Assembly: GCF_009914755.1 (NCBI RefSeq)
Contig: NC_060925.1
Reading direction: 5' to 3' (one strand)
DNA length: 64,000 bases
Source of the DNA: the human T2T-CHM13v2.0 reference genome, Homo sapiens
In this document: positions 44,366 through 59,569 of the stretch, piece after piece
Layout of the letters: every line of letters begins with the position of its first letter
Numbering within the stretch: the first letter of the stretch is position 1
Notes under the pieces: generated by a model
Database searches by the model: none
Told to the model about the DNA's origin: nothing
What the model saw: the letters and a program-made list of their open reading frames with translations, nothing else
Position numbers and translations under genes: made by a program

Positions 44366-46273
44366 CTAATTGTTTTCTTGTTTTTCCACATAATCTATTT
44401 TTCTCATCAGTATTCAATGTTTCTGATTTCAATTTACGAAATGTTGAAGATAACAAAAGACAGAGACGTAGCCTCTAGTAAAGGGAAACTAACAACTGAT
44501 GCAAGAAAAAAATAAAAATGTCATCTGCTGTATTCAAAGTGCTATATTTCAGAAATACAAGCCAGTGAAACAAAAGCCTGAATTTTTAAAACTTCATAAA
44601 AAGTAGCATTTGAAGTATATTCAGATATTTGCTTGACTTCTATGTACTTTCCAAAACATTTAAAATAATTATTAATACCTGAGCACTAAATTAGCTGTAT
44701 TTAAAGTTGTATAAATTAATTTGTTATCAAGAAAAGAAAAAATCCTGGGTTTTTTTTTTTTTTGGTTTAAGAAAATATGTTATATCTACCTTTAATCTTA
44801 ATCATTTCCCAAATAACAAACATTTAATGTTACTGATTTTAACCCTTATTAGGAAAAAAACTAAGCCCCCCAATTTTTTTTGCAGTGTTGCAATACCTTC
44901 CAAATAAGATGACAGCATGTGACCACATCAGCTTCCTCAGCTCAAAGCTATGAACTTTTTTCCTCCTGTATTTTTCTTCCCTCATATAGAAGAAAAATTA
45001 GACTGATATACTCAAACTCTATGTCAAGATTAAACCAATAAAACAGGTAGAATAAGGTTTTAAATATCACCTCTCTCTTCTTTTTGTGGAATTTCCCTGC
45101 CCTCACATAAAATCAGTTGGAATTTCACAGAAGCACTGAAAAATCTGGCTTCATGTGAGATGCTGAAAGAGCCTGTGGCAGTGAAGTCAAGTTCTGTGCC
45201 CAGCCCCCTCCTTCAGCCACTAGATGACACTGCCTCCCCCCAATAACGAAGTTGTTAGCAGTTCTCAACAAGACAGAAACATGCAAGACTTCTGAAATTT
45301 GTTACCTTTGGTACTTTTTGGGGTGGGCGGGGGTGGAGTGGGGAGATGGGGAAAAAAGCGTAATTAGACTTACCAGAGATAAACATTTTAAAAGCTTTCA
45401 TGTCTAGTTCAGGACCAAACATGTTATAATGTAGTATTTTCTGGGCTCTTTTTTGCCTTTTTATTGAATTTTTAGTAACTGGTCAGAGCTATTACATTAC
45501 CAGAATCATGAATACAAAGTCAGCTTAAGCTTTTCTCCCCACCAACCCCCCTCAAATACAAGGCATGGCTGGTAGTTTAAGAATTCATCAAATCTGACCT
45601 TCAAATAGTTAATTTAAGCATGATTTCTCTGGCTTTCTTACTCCTCCCACTGATAAGAGTTTCTTCTTCTGGGGTAACTGCCTCTAGTAAAAATGCTGCA
45701 ATGCAGTTAAGATGCTGGTGTGAGGACTGTAAATTATGCGTTAGGGGAATTTTGCTATGCTGCACTTCAGCCTGGAAGCAAAGGATTTTTCTGTTCAAGT
45801 CCACAACTTTTGCTTGCCAGTGAGATGGCAGAGCATTACGTGGGTGCCTTTTGGCCATCTGGATCCATAGGCACCCGAAGACAACACTAATTCCATGATT
45901 AGGAAACTCTCATCACTTCTACTAACATAATTGTTTTTTAACTACTTCAGAATAGATTCTGATGAATAAAGCTACTGATCTCTTTAAACACTTCATAGAT
46001 TCACTACCTAGAATTATGTATTCATTCTTTGGATATGGTGTCATAAAGTCTAGGTACAAGTTCAAAAACATGCCCCGTGTAACATACTTGTTAAAATCCA
46101 GTGTCACCTCCCATCAAAGCCTGATCAGCAATTTCAGTACCTCAATCACTCAGAAAATATTTCCAAATTTAACACATAGCAAGTATCAAGCTCTCCACTA
46201 AGAAGACTATGAAATAAATACAATATACAGTATTTCCCTTTGAAGACCTTTTAACTTACATGGGACTACACAA

Positions 46274-46275
<2 letters not shown>

Positions 46276-46306
<31 letters not shown>
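46276..46306. repeat. (GT)n microsatellite
   Basis: Direct reading. Confidence 0.95.
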
Positions 46307-46309
<3 letters not shown>

Positions 46310-46833
46310 ATGGTTGATGATCATAAGCCAACAAGGTACAGATAAGACTTACTTTAGGAAGTAGGGACTGTTATGGAAGAAATGTTTGGAGAAGGCTTCA
46401 CAACATAGATAGAACTCAAGATGTGTACGACAGCTAAGGTTTGGGTTTTCAAAGCCAAAAAGAGAGCTTGGCCTTGATGAGGCATCTAATAAAGGGCAAC
46501 TGGGAGTTTTTCAACGAAATGTCACTATTAATGCAGTTATTTTAAGACTATGTGTTTGACAGCAGTAACAAAGGCATATAGAATAGGGAGACCTGAATGA
46601 TGACGCTCATCTGTAAACTTGTGTATTTAAGAAACTGTGATAATTTTCATTATGAGTGTTCATTTTCCCTGGGTGGTAGAGATGTCATCTTGGTCAGTTT
46701 CCTGGGGTTGCTTCTTGCACTTGGCTGGCACAGTGATGCTAAGGCAGTGAGTGCTTGGCTGGGGTTGGAACACCTGGTCCTTGATCATCAATCCACACAG
46801 ATCTCTGGGTCATCACAATGGTGCTCTTGGATG

Positions 46834-47490
<657 letters not shown>

Positions 47491-48773
47491 CAGATGGCTA
47501 ACTTGTCTACTCTAGTGCTCCTCTTGGGTGCATGGGAAATCACTCTCCTATTTCCCATGAAGTATTTCAGTCATTTCTCCCACACACTGAATTTCTATTA
47601 CACAGGGAGTCTGGGGGTCAATGTAAAACTAGGACATAGGTCAGCCTTGTTCTGAATCCCCTCAAACCCATGGGCGGGGTTGGGTTTAGTTATGTTGTCT
47701 CACTCATCCAAGGTTCAGTCTGGAAGGAAACTATGGCACATGCCTCTTTCTCAGAGAAATACCCTCAACTTCTCTCTGGCTTTCCTTCCAATTCTCCTTT
47801 ATCACAGGTCTGGAGAATCTTTTCTGGCAGAGGGAGTTGTGGCTCCTGCATCATCCTGAATTTGCTAGGACTGGAGCCCTGAGTCCCCCAAGTCCTTAGG
47901 CTTTTGCAATCCAAAACCCTAGGCTTTTGAATCTAAATTCAGGGGACTTTTTGCTCCTATTCTGCAATATCATTTCTTCTCTAAGTCAATGCCACTGACT
48001 AAGTGGGAAGTTAACGGTAAGGGGTAAGAGGAAACACAGAGTTGGAATGTATGATCCCAGGCTAATATCTCAAAATTTGAACTCACTCTGCTGTTGAGAG
48101 TCTACTGCACAAAACCGGACATAAAGACTTAAGGGCTGAGTGGCATTAAGAATGGAAATAAAAGATTAGACAAGAGATATGGCGAATGAAGAAATAACAA
48201 AATCTTGTTTGGGGAATAAACACAAGGCTCAAGTGGGGGGCGGGGGGGAATGAACTGGAAGGACTGGATGGAGGTGATGATGTCAGTTGTCCTTGGACAT
48301 ATTTTTTATGGTTCATATTCCCTCTCCTTTCTCTTCACTCGCCCCAATTACCGTGTCCTGTTAATTAAAAGTTCTTCAAATCCATGTCCCTCCTTCCCAT
48401 TGCCACCGTCACTGCCCTTGTTCATTCCAGTAACATCTCTCCTCTGGACCCTTTATTGCATCAGGCGCCTCAGTTCCCTCTGTCTCCTCAGCCCCTTCTA
48501 GTGTATTCTCTATTTAGCTAAAAAATGAACTTTCTACAGCAAAACTCGGATCATGTCAGCCAAAATTCTTCTGACTCACGTGCCTACACAGTGCCGTCTA
48601 GCTCCTAGGCTCATGGGTTTCATGATGGGGCCCACTCCTGCCCATCCACCTTCATCCCAAGTACTCTAAGGAAAGCTGTAGCTCTGGCTGAACAGAGAGG
48701 CAGCATGGTGGAGTGGTTCTGAGCCTGGACTCACTGCTAGACAGCTTGTTCATACATGTCACTTCTGTGATTC

Positions 48774-49566
48774 TGTGTCTGGAATTTATTCCTTCCGGTG
48801 GGTTCTTGGTCTCGCTGACTTCAAGAATGAAGCTGCAGACCCTCGCCATGAGTGTTACAGTTCTTAAAGATGGTGTGTCCGGAGTTTGTTCCTTCAGATG
48901 TTCAGATGTGTCTGGAGTTTCTTCCTGGGGTAGGTGCATGGTCTCGCTGACTTCAGGGGTGAAGCCACAGACCTTCGCAGTCAGTGTTACAGCTCTTAAA
49001 GGTGGCGCGTCCGGAGTTGTTTGTTCCTCCTGGTGGGTTCATGGTCTCGCTGACTTCAGGAATGAAGCCGCAGACCCTTGCAGTGAGTGTTACAGCTCAT
49101 AAAGGTAGTGCACATCCAGAGTCAGGAGCAGCAAGATTTATTGTGAAGCGCAAAAGAACAAAGCTTCCACAGTGTGGAAGGGGACCCGAGCGGGTTGCCA
49201 CTGCTGGCCTGGGTGGCCAGCTTTTATTCCCTTATTTGGCCCCGCCCACATCCTGCTGATCGGTCCATTTTACAGAGAGCTGATTGGTCCATTTTACAGA
49301 GTGCTGACTGGTATACTTACAATCCTTTAGCTAGACACAGAGTGCTGATTGTTGCATTTACAATCCTTTAGCTAGACACAGAGCACTGACTGGTGCGTTT
49401 TTACAGAGTGCTGATTGGTGCATTTACAATCCTCTAGCTAGACACAGAGCACTGATTGGTGTGTTTTTACAGAGTCCTGACTGGTGCATTTACAATCCTC
49501 TAGCTAGACAGAAAAGTTCTCCAAGCCCCCACTCGACCCAGGAAGTCCAGCTAGCTTCACCTCTCA
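48774..49566 (-). mobile_element. LTR12 (HERV9) solo LTR
   Basis: Reverse complement starts TGAGAGGTGAAGCTAGCTGGAC. Has tandem CTGA(T/C)TGG (CCAAT-type) units and U5 GGTCTCGCTGACTTCA repeats; near-TSD ATTC/ATTT; inserted in a MIR. Confidence 0.93.
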
Positions 49567-49624
49567 ATTTGGTATTCTCCTCTGTGGAATGTCATTAGAA
49601 GGATTATATGAGAATATATTTTAA

Positions 49625-50331
<707 letters not shown>

Positions 50332-50479
50332 TCTGCACTGTTAGTCTTAAGCCCATTTTGGGAACTTTGCTTTCCCTTGGTCAATCTTTCCTCTTCCTTC
50401 TAGAAGCTAAAATGTCAGGTTCTCTGTGAAGCCTTCCTACTGCACTTTGTTCAGCTCCCTATTAAAATTTTATTGGATT

Positions 50480-50945
50480 ATTTTATTAGCTCCCTGTGGC
50501 TGCTATGACAAATTACCACAAAACAGGTGTCTTAAAACAACAGAAATTTATTCTCTCATAGTTCTAGAGGCCAGAAGTCTGAAATTAGATTAACAGGCTG
50601 AAGTGAGGGTATTGGCAAAGCCACACTCCCTCCCGAGGCTCTAGGGGAAAGGTGTTCCTTGCCTCTTCCAGCTCTGGTGGCTGCCAGCATTCCTTAGCCC
50701 ATCACTGTATCCCTCTCATCACTGCCTCCATAGTCACATTGCTGCCTCCTCTCCTGTCTGTGTCAAATTTCCTTCTGTCCTTCATCAGAAAACTTGCAAC
50801 TGCACAGAGAACCCACCTGGATGTTCCAGGATACTCTCACTCTCTCAAGATCCTTAAAACACATTTGCAAGACCCTTTGAAGCCATTTATAGATTCCAGG
50901 GATTGGAACCTAATATCTATGAGTGCCAACATTCAGCACTTCATA
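50480..50945 (-). mobile_element. MLT1-family MaLR LTR
   Basis: ACAAATTACCACAAA...CTTAAAACAACAGAAATTTATTCTCTCATAGTTCTAGAGGCCAGAAGTC. Confidence 0.85.
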
Positions 50946-51879
50946 ACTGTTTTCATGTATGTTGGTCTTTACACCTTGGTATGACTAGGATCTATCACAG
51001 TGTAAGTACATAGTATGTCCTCAATAAGTGACATGTAGACATAGATGCAGAACTATACAGCATCTAGGCCCTTTGCTCACGTTCACTGGGATACCTTCTT
51101 TGCTAAGGCTTCATTTCCCTAGGCCAGAGCTATTTCTTTCATGTGCTAATCTGTGGTTGGAAGGATCTTTTACTCATAAATTAGATCAACTTCTAGGTTA
51201 GAGAAATTAAGCAAAGGAGTTTTCGTCCTTGTACCACTTCTCCTGAGTTTCAGTGAGGCAAAGTAACCAAAAACACTCCTTTCAAATTCCATACCTCCTA
51301 CGTTATGGAGCAGAGGGCGTAGGAAAAGTGGATGGGTCCTGGCTGCTCAAAGACTTCACGGAATGTGAGATTACAGAGTGGCAGAGTGACAAGTATGGGC
51401 TTCATGAAGAGCACTGTCATCAGTCTCCCCGGGCTGGTTTATTGCCATTCTTTGGCTGTTTATTTTAAACACAGTTTTCTTAGTAATTTAAGCTCCTAAA
51501 TTCATGGCTACTGCTTCAGTGACCATTTCCCCATCTCGAGTCATTTAAGTTCATCACAGGGATTTTTCTGAAATGAGGCGGTTTCTTTTCCAGTGTTCTC
51601 AAATCACAGTCACCTCCACCCTCAAGAATAAGCCAGCACTCATCTGGAAAGATAATTCGGTAGCTATGTAATTGCTTTTTTCTCAGCTGTGGAAATCTTT
51701 CCCAATTAAAGTGGAAAAAGTTACTTGCAATAAAAAAAGTAAACAGGTAGATTACTTTGCACAATTAATCATTGAAACAGTAAACTGTCTACTGTATTGT
51801 AATTGTTTACTTCTACGTCAGTCTTTTCATCTTTTTGCTGGTTAGAGCCCCCAGAAATCAGAATGAGATTCCATGACGT

Positions 51880-52790
51880 TTATTCAACCTTTAAATATTT
51901 TTTCCATTCTCTCTGTGTTCCAGGAGTAGTGATAAGAGCTGGTGATGTAAGGGTAACAAAAACAGACTCATTCCCTGCCCTCATGGAGCTTGTACAGTCT
52001 GGTGGAGGATGTAAACACTAATCAGGTCATCACACAGACAAATGCAAACTGTCAGTGGTCTCACATGCCAAGGCTGTTTATATACATGTAAACAGTTATG
52101 AAGTGCTGAATGTTGGCACCCCAGCCAACCCACAATGCTGCTGGCAGATCAGTCTAAAACACTGGACTCAATGTGCCACCCCTCACTTAAACGCTTTAAC
52201 TGGCTCTCCCATGGCCTCTGGGGCAGAACTCACCTCTGGAGAAGATGCTCTTCAGCTGTTCCTGCCTCATTTCCTGTCCTCTCTTCCAGATGCTCAGGGG
52301 CCCCCAACTACAAGCTCTGTGCTTTCAGGGTCTTCTGTCTTTGTACGCAGTTCTCTCTGCCCAGAAAACTCTTCTCCCCACCTCCACTTGCAAAATCCTG
52401 TCCATCCTTCAGGCTCAGCTCTAACGTTACTTGAATGTGATGCCTGTCTTGACTGTTTAGCAGGCTAAAGCTGTCACTCCCTGCCTGTACTACCACAGAA
52501 CATTTTGTACAAGCCACCATAACTGCACTTATCCCAGTGAACTGTGTTTGTTTGCAGCAAAACACTGTGGTTAGGAACATGGACCTTGAATTCAGACTGA
52601 CTTGGAAACCAAATTCTGCAATTTATTGTGTGGCCTTGAAAATCATTCCTTCTGGGTCTTAGTTTCCTTCCTAATTTTGGCAATGAGGGGCATAATACCT
52701 AACTCATTAGCCTGTTGTAAAGATAAACCAGATAATGTGTTTAATGATGGAGCACGATGCCTGGTCAACAATACTCAATAACTAATGGTA
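51880..52790. mobile_element. L2 and MIR fragments
   Basis: CCCTGCCCTCATGGAGCTT (L2); TGTGGCCTTG...AGTTTCCT (MIR). Confidence 0.6.
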
Positions 52791-52803
52791 TTATCAAACT
52801 TGA

Positions 52804-53238
<435 letters not shown>

Positions 53239-53282
53239 TGAAGACGGGTTAGAGGCTTATTTAGTTTGCCACTAATAAGGGC

Positions 53283-53551
53283 TTTTTTGTTTTCTTTTGA
53301 GACAAGGTCCTGCTCTGTCACCCAGGCTGGAGTATAATGGAGTCACCACAGCTCACTGCAACCTTGACTTCCCAGGCTCAAGCTATCCTCCCACCTCAGC
53401 ACCACTTGAGAGGTGGTTAATTTCCCATAGAGACGGGGTCTTTATGTTGCCCAAGCTGGTCTCCAACTCTCCAATTCCTGGGCTCAAATGATCCTCCCAC
53501 CTTGGCCTCCCACAGTGTTGGGATTACAGGGCTGAGCCACCACACCCAGCT
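53283..53551 (-). mobile_element. AluJ with rearranged centre
   Basis: Antisense arms; linker region altered. Confidence 0.85.
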
Positions 53552-54775
53552 GATAAAGACATTTTACTGAAATGCCAAAAATTCCACTGATTTTACATCT
53601 CCAATCATATTAATCCTTTCCCTTTGCTCAACCAGTCCTGAACTTACACAGGTAACTGTTTGAGGTCCTATTTTGAAGTAGTGGTTTCTGCTAAATGATC
53701 TCGTCACAATTTTAGTCTTTACTGCATGTACATCAATTCCAGTCTTTACATAATCATGTGGAACACGGATTATATTTTCCTTTCTCATATGAAAAGTAAT
53801 AGCGTGCATGTGTATAGGATTTACGTTTCAGGCTTTGTGGGCTTTAAATCCTTTGACTCCTAACCCAAGTGACTTTTCTAAGATCACAGTTCGTGGGTGG
53901 TCAAGCATATTAAAACTACTGCAAACTCTAGCGCAGTGTCCTGGACACTGGCCACAGCATCGCATTATCCCCCAACAGCCTAAATTCCTTGAAGGCAAGG
54001 TTCTCTCTGGCTTCCTCTGCAACGTTCGCAGCATGCCTCAGAGACTCGGTGAGCTGGGCCGGCCAATGCATTTCCTCTTCCGTCCATGTAATTCCACTAG
54101 AGGAGCAGAGGGCAAACTACGTTCCCATTAAAGCCACAAGGTTTAAAAACCTCTAACCTTGGAAAAGCACACTTCAACCCTCTGCACACCAAACTTCTCT
54201 ACTGTGGTTTCCCCTCTGCCGCTTTCTCCTTGGCGTTCCCCGATCACTGCCTCTAGGGTCTTTACAAGGGACAGCGAACGTAAGGTTTCGGAGCTGGCTT
54301 CGCCCCCTTCTATTTACCGGGGGCTGGTCATCCTTCGGGCCAGGCTGACTGTCTAGGGGTGGCCCTCGGATACCTGGTCCCCGCAGGTGACCCCCCTCCC
54401 TCCCACCGAGGAGGAGGGCGCGTCCCGCTCGCTCCGTGGAGACGCCGCGGAGGCGCACACGCCTCACGCCTCCTCGCAGAAGCCACAGGGGCTGCGGCTC
54501 TTTGTCGCGGCCACACCGGAAACGGCCCGGAGCGCGCGCGGGGCGGCCGCCGAGGGTCGCGGCGCTAGGCGGGGCCGCCGGGCCCGTCCCCCTCCCCGCG
54601 GGGGCGCGCGAGGCCCGGGCGGGGCCGCCCTCCCTTCCGGGGAGCGGGGAGCCGCCGCCGCGTCCGCCGGGCGGCTCCCACCCCGCCCCCCGCAGCTCTA
54701 GGTGACGCGTCTCCAATAACAGCTCGCCGGGAGCCGCAGCTCGGGCACAGCCGGCGGCCGCGCCCCGCCGCCACC

Positions 54776-54948
54776 ATGAGGGCCGAGGGCCTCGGCGGCC
54801 TGGAGCGCTTCTGCAGCCCGGGCAAAGGCCGGGGGCTGCGGGCTCTGCAGCCCTTCCAGGTGGGGGACTTGCTGTTCTCCTGCCCGGCCTATGCCTACGT
54901 GCTCACGGTCAACGAGCGGGGCAACCACTGCGAGTACTGCTTCACCAG
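54776..54948 (+). CDS. SMYD2: SMYD2 (SET and MYND domain lysine methyltransferase) coding exon 1
   Basis: GCCGCCACCATGA Kozak context. Translates MRAEGLGGLERFCSPGKGRGLRALQPFQVGDLLFSCPAYAYVLTVNERGNHCEYCFT(R), the recognised SMYD2 N-terminus (SET GRGL motif, first MYND CxxC). 173 nt, ends at an AG|GTAGGG phase-2 donor. Confidence 0.97.
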
Positions 54949-54952
54949 GTAG

Positions 54953-54973
54953 GGCGGCGGCGGCGGCGGCGGC
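54953..54973 (+). repeat. (GGC)7 trinucleotide repeat
   Basis: Direct reading; starts at intron position +5. Confidence 0.95.
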
Positions 54974-57649
54974 GGGCGGGAGCCGGGGGCGCCGAGCGGG
55001 AGGCTTGGACGGCGGCGCCAGGAAGTGCGTGCGGCTCGCGGGGTCCTAGCGCCGGCCCTTGGGGCGGGGTGGGGGGCGGGGAGGGGAGGAGGCCCCGCGC
55101 TGCGGCCCCGCGCTGCAGCCCCACGCCAGGCGCCACGTGCGAGAGGAAACAGGACCGGTGCCCCGCTGCACGCCCTGCACTGCACGTTTTCAGAGTTGCT
55201 CACGCTGGATGCGCAAACCCGGGCGTGCAGGTTCCTGCCCTCAAATGTGGGCTCCGAGCCAGGCTTGTTCCAAGCCTGGGCACTCACTGCCCTCCCGGTG
55301 CATTGGCAGCGGAGCCCCAAATTTGGGCAGCCACGGGCTGTCACCTTTAACTTATGCTTCCTGCGGTGTGTTCTGTTACCCACAGTCCAGCCCTGCCTCA
55401 GATTGGCCGTTTCTTCCAAGGAATTTAATGACTTAGTATATGTCTTGTAAAGTACGCTTACATGTTAAAGTACGCTTACATGGGTGTTTGGAGGGACGCC
55501 AGTGGGCACTGACCACACCCCCTGGATTCTGAGGTGCTGCGACGATGAGTTGCAGTGTCCAGTTTCGGTTTGGGATTAGGAAAACATGGTCGCAGGAAGG
55601 GATTGGGCAAGATGTGTGGTTGCTAATGGTATTTAATTGTAAGATACCATATGTATATATGTGTCTGTGTTTGTATATATGATGCATATACATTTGCACA
55701 CACCAACACATAATTATATCCTCAACTCTTATGAGAGTTTCAGAGCTTAAAGGCACATTAGAAATCACCAATTCAGTCTTGTCTTTCACTTAATGGATGA
55801 GAAAACTAAAGCCCAGAGAGAAAGTGGAGTTACCTTTATCCATTCACACCAGTAGTGAAGGGAGTGAAATCTGGCCTTATTCACTTCTGCCTATTTCTCA
55901 CTGGTTAGGTGCTCAGTAAATTTACTAAGGCAGGAGGCATGGCATTGGGGTTAAGTTTATATCAGGCCTTCCAGTACTCTGAGTAGAGACCATGATTTGC
56001 TTTCTTTGAACCTCAGTTTCTTCATCTTTGAAATGGAGATTCCTGGGCTGGATTAAGCTGACCTGCGGTCCTGCAGGGACCTTTTGAGTACAGGTCTCAA
56101 GTCCAGCATACTCAATCTCTCAGACCTGTGTGCCTCATTCTACAATAAGACGTAGCAAAAGAAGGGACAAAGGCTAAATATTGTAGTAATCTTGCCCAGA
56201 CTCCCTGCCAGAACTGTCTTCCGCTTGGGGGGACCTGGAAAGGAACTAGACACGGAATCATGCCGTGGGCAGCTTAAGGGCTGTATGTGATGTGGCTCTT
56301 TGAATTGGTGAGCCAAGAGCTAAAGGGTCATGGCACCACTTTGCAACGTTTGAGTGAAGTGAGCATTGGGTTTTCCCAAAGTTAAAAAGGCTGCTGTGAC
56401 TGGTCCCTTGATCTTCTGAGCCTTGCTGTGGCTCGGAGTCTGCAGCAGCGTGGGTGTCTGCAGTGGCAGGAGCAAAGCAGGTCAGGCAGCACAGAAGGAG
56501 CCTCCATCAGGGATCCTGGCAATTCCTGGAAGCCATCGCCTAAGACCATGGATGCCAGGCACATAGTAGGTGCTTACTTTATATGGGTAGTTGCCAGCCC
56601 TGGCCCCCAGTGAATGAAAGATCAAATCCCTCTGGATTTAGAAGGGATGAGAAGAACTGAGAGATGCTTCTCTTTAGCTTTAAGTCTCCTAATTGTATCT
56701 ACTACGCATACCCCCAACCTTAGAACATTAATGGATGGTCAGATGCAAGTTCACAAAGCATTCAGCCTGGATTATTCTGCCATATGTGACAGTTTGCTGC
56801 CTCTTTTGTTGTTAAATTTTTCTGATTGACATTTATTAGTGTTACTCACTGTTGCCTTGGGTCCCTCACCAGGGCTGCAACTTGCAATGGGGTGTTATTA
56901 CAACTTGCAAACCACTTCTCTGTTTGATTTCCCTGACCTTATGTCAATACCCGTAGTTTATTTCCTCTCTCTCCCCAAAGAATTATTTGAAGTCAATTAA
57001 AATAATACAAAAGAAATAATATCCATGATACTTATGCAATTAGAAATATCCTTGTACCCTACTTCATGATTTCTATTAAATCTGAATCATTTACTATTAG
57101 TGGTTAGGTCATCTGATAGATTCAGCATCAGTTCCTCTGTCAGCAATTTGTATATGACTTAGGACAAATCAGTCTGTCCAGATGTACGAGGGGAACGTGT
57201 ATTTTCCTCCATAGGGCCTCAAAGTATAGGAGTAGAATTCTGGAAATGTTCATACTTACAGGTCAAAATCTGCTGCCTGCCCCAGCTCCACACACCCAAA
57301 AGAAAGCTACCCCTTATCCTTTCTTTTGCCAGAAGTTTAACATAAACAATATTGCTTAAGATAAATGAATGACCCAAGAATTTCCATGTCATACTAATTG
57401 TATCAGGATCTAACTTTTTTTGAAGAAAAGAAAAGTGATTTCTTTAGGTAGGAATAAGTATATTCTATAAATTGAGAAATAATGGAAAATGTCTTAAGTC
57501 TCAACAGAATGGGATTCTTACGGTCAGGGCAATTCAGACAAAGGTTTGCTTTGGGGAATTTTTAATTTGTATCACATTTCTCAGTCTGGTGGGTGCCATT
57601 GGAGAACATGCGTATCTTGCCTGAACTGCTAGAAGGCAGCTCCTAATAA

Positions 57650-58339
<690 letters not shown>

Positions 58340-59227
58340 TAGACATATTTTAACCCCCAATGTGATTTGTCTCAGAAGGAGAGAAATCTGCTTTAACCCA
58401 GTGTTCCATCTAAATATTCATTCTATGTGCCATTCTTCAGGTAGGCAGATCTTTTGATCTTTAGTCTCCCTTTTGATCTTTAGTTCTCTTGGCTCATGGG
58501 TTATTTAAGGATGAGATTATTGACATTTCTTTGTTTGTTCTGAGTGTAGGGGGAACCAGGAAAGCCCATTTAGCCTCCTTGGAATAGAGCTGTTAGAACC
58601 CAGTTTCAGTGAATTTCGGTCATGTCTGGCTTAGATTAGTTGTTTTAAAAATTAAATTGTTTGCCTGAGCCAAACCCTGTGATTAAGGTGTCCTATTTCA
58701 GCAGTTATAAAGGCTTTTTTCCTCATGTCCCCCAGATTTATTCTCTAGCGTATTCATCTTAGCTTTCCTCTTGTTTTATCAAACCGGCAGAATAATTTTT
58801 AGTTGATCTTAATCAGTATTAAGGGCCATGAAATCCTGATGCTGTTTTCCTGAAGTTCTCTGAACTAGCCCTGGTTCTGGCTGCCTGAAGCTGTGCATGA
58901 GAAGGGGACCTTGTCCCCAGGACTGCTATGACTCTGGCTCTCCTGAGAATGCTTTGAGAGTTGTTTTGGGGGAGAAATGGCTTCAGATGTATTTAAATCA
59001 TCATGTTTTCTGAATAAAAAAATTGAATACATGCTCTAATAAAGGGGTTCCCCTTCTTTTTTAGATGTATTTTTATAAAATAGGTGGTAAGACTAAAACA
59101 TACATACAACAGATTTCCTGTAAAAAGTGCCATTAAAGAATGCAAAATTCAGCTATCTGTATGTTAGGTAAGGAAATGGCTGTTTTCACTTTCCACCTTT
59201 CAGTATTTCAAGGTTTCCATGTTGTAC

Positions 59228-59568
59228 ATTAATGCATAACTTAATGACAGGGATATGTTCCAAGAACTGCCTTAGTAAAGCAGTTTGGTCCTTGTGCCAG
59301 CATGCTAGAGTGTACTTACACAAAGCTACGTGAGAGAGTCTACTACTCACCTAGGCTGTATGGTATAGCCTGTTGCTCTTAGGTTACAAACCTGTACAGC
59401 ATGTTACTGTACTGAATACTGTAGGCAGTTGTAACACAATGGTAAGTATTTGTGTATCCAAACATATCTAAACATAGAAAAGGCACAGTGAGAATATGGT
59501 ATCACAGTCTTATGACCACCTTTGTTCACGTGGTCTGTCATTGACTAAAATGTTGTTAGTGCATGACC
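59228..59568. mobile_element. Tigger3a (MER7A-like)
   Basis: GAGTGTACTTACACAAA...CAAACCTGTACAGCATGTTACTGTACTGAATACTGTAGGCA. Confidence 0.85.
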
Positions 59569-59569
59569 T

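Larger units (their letters stand above)
54330..55250. promoter_or_regulatory. CpG-island promoter of SMYD2
   Basis: Very GC/CpG-dense. Several GGGCGG/CCGCCC GC boxes, TGACG half-CRE near 54703, CCAAT near 54713; surrounds exon 1. Confidence 0.92.

Noticed and set aside
49255-49510. Repeat array superficially like CRISPR
   Set aside because: Internal tandem enhancer units of LTR12; no unique spacers, no cas genes, eukaryotic DNA.
54114-54132. ACTACGTTCCCA, ZNF143-like motif
   Set aside because: Spacing is one base shorter than ACTAYRNNNCCCR.
54174-55450. Many overlapping 60-180 aa ORFs
   Set aside because: Stop-codon scarcity in the CpG island; the real exon (54776-54948) is not in the ORF track.
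58452-58490. Short local duplications (also 6829-6868, 8870-8910, 62011-62065)
   Set aside because: Ordinary slippage-type duplications with no evident function.
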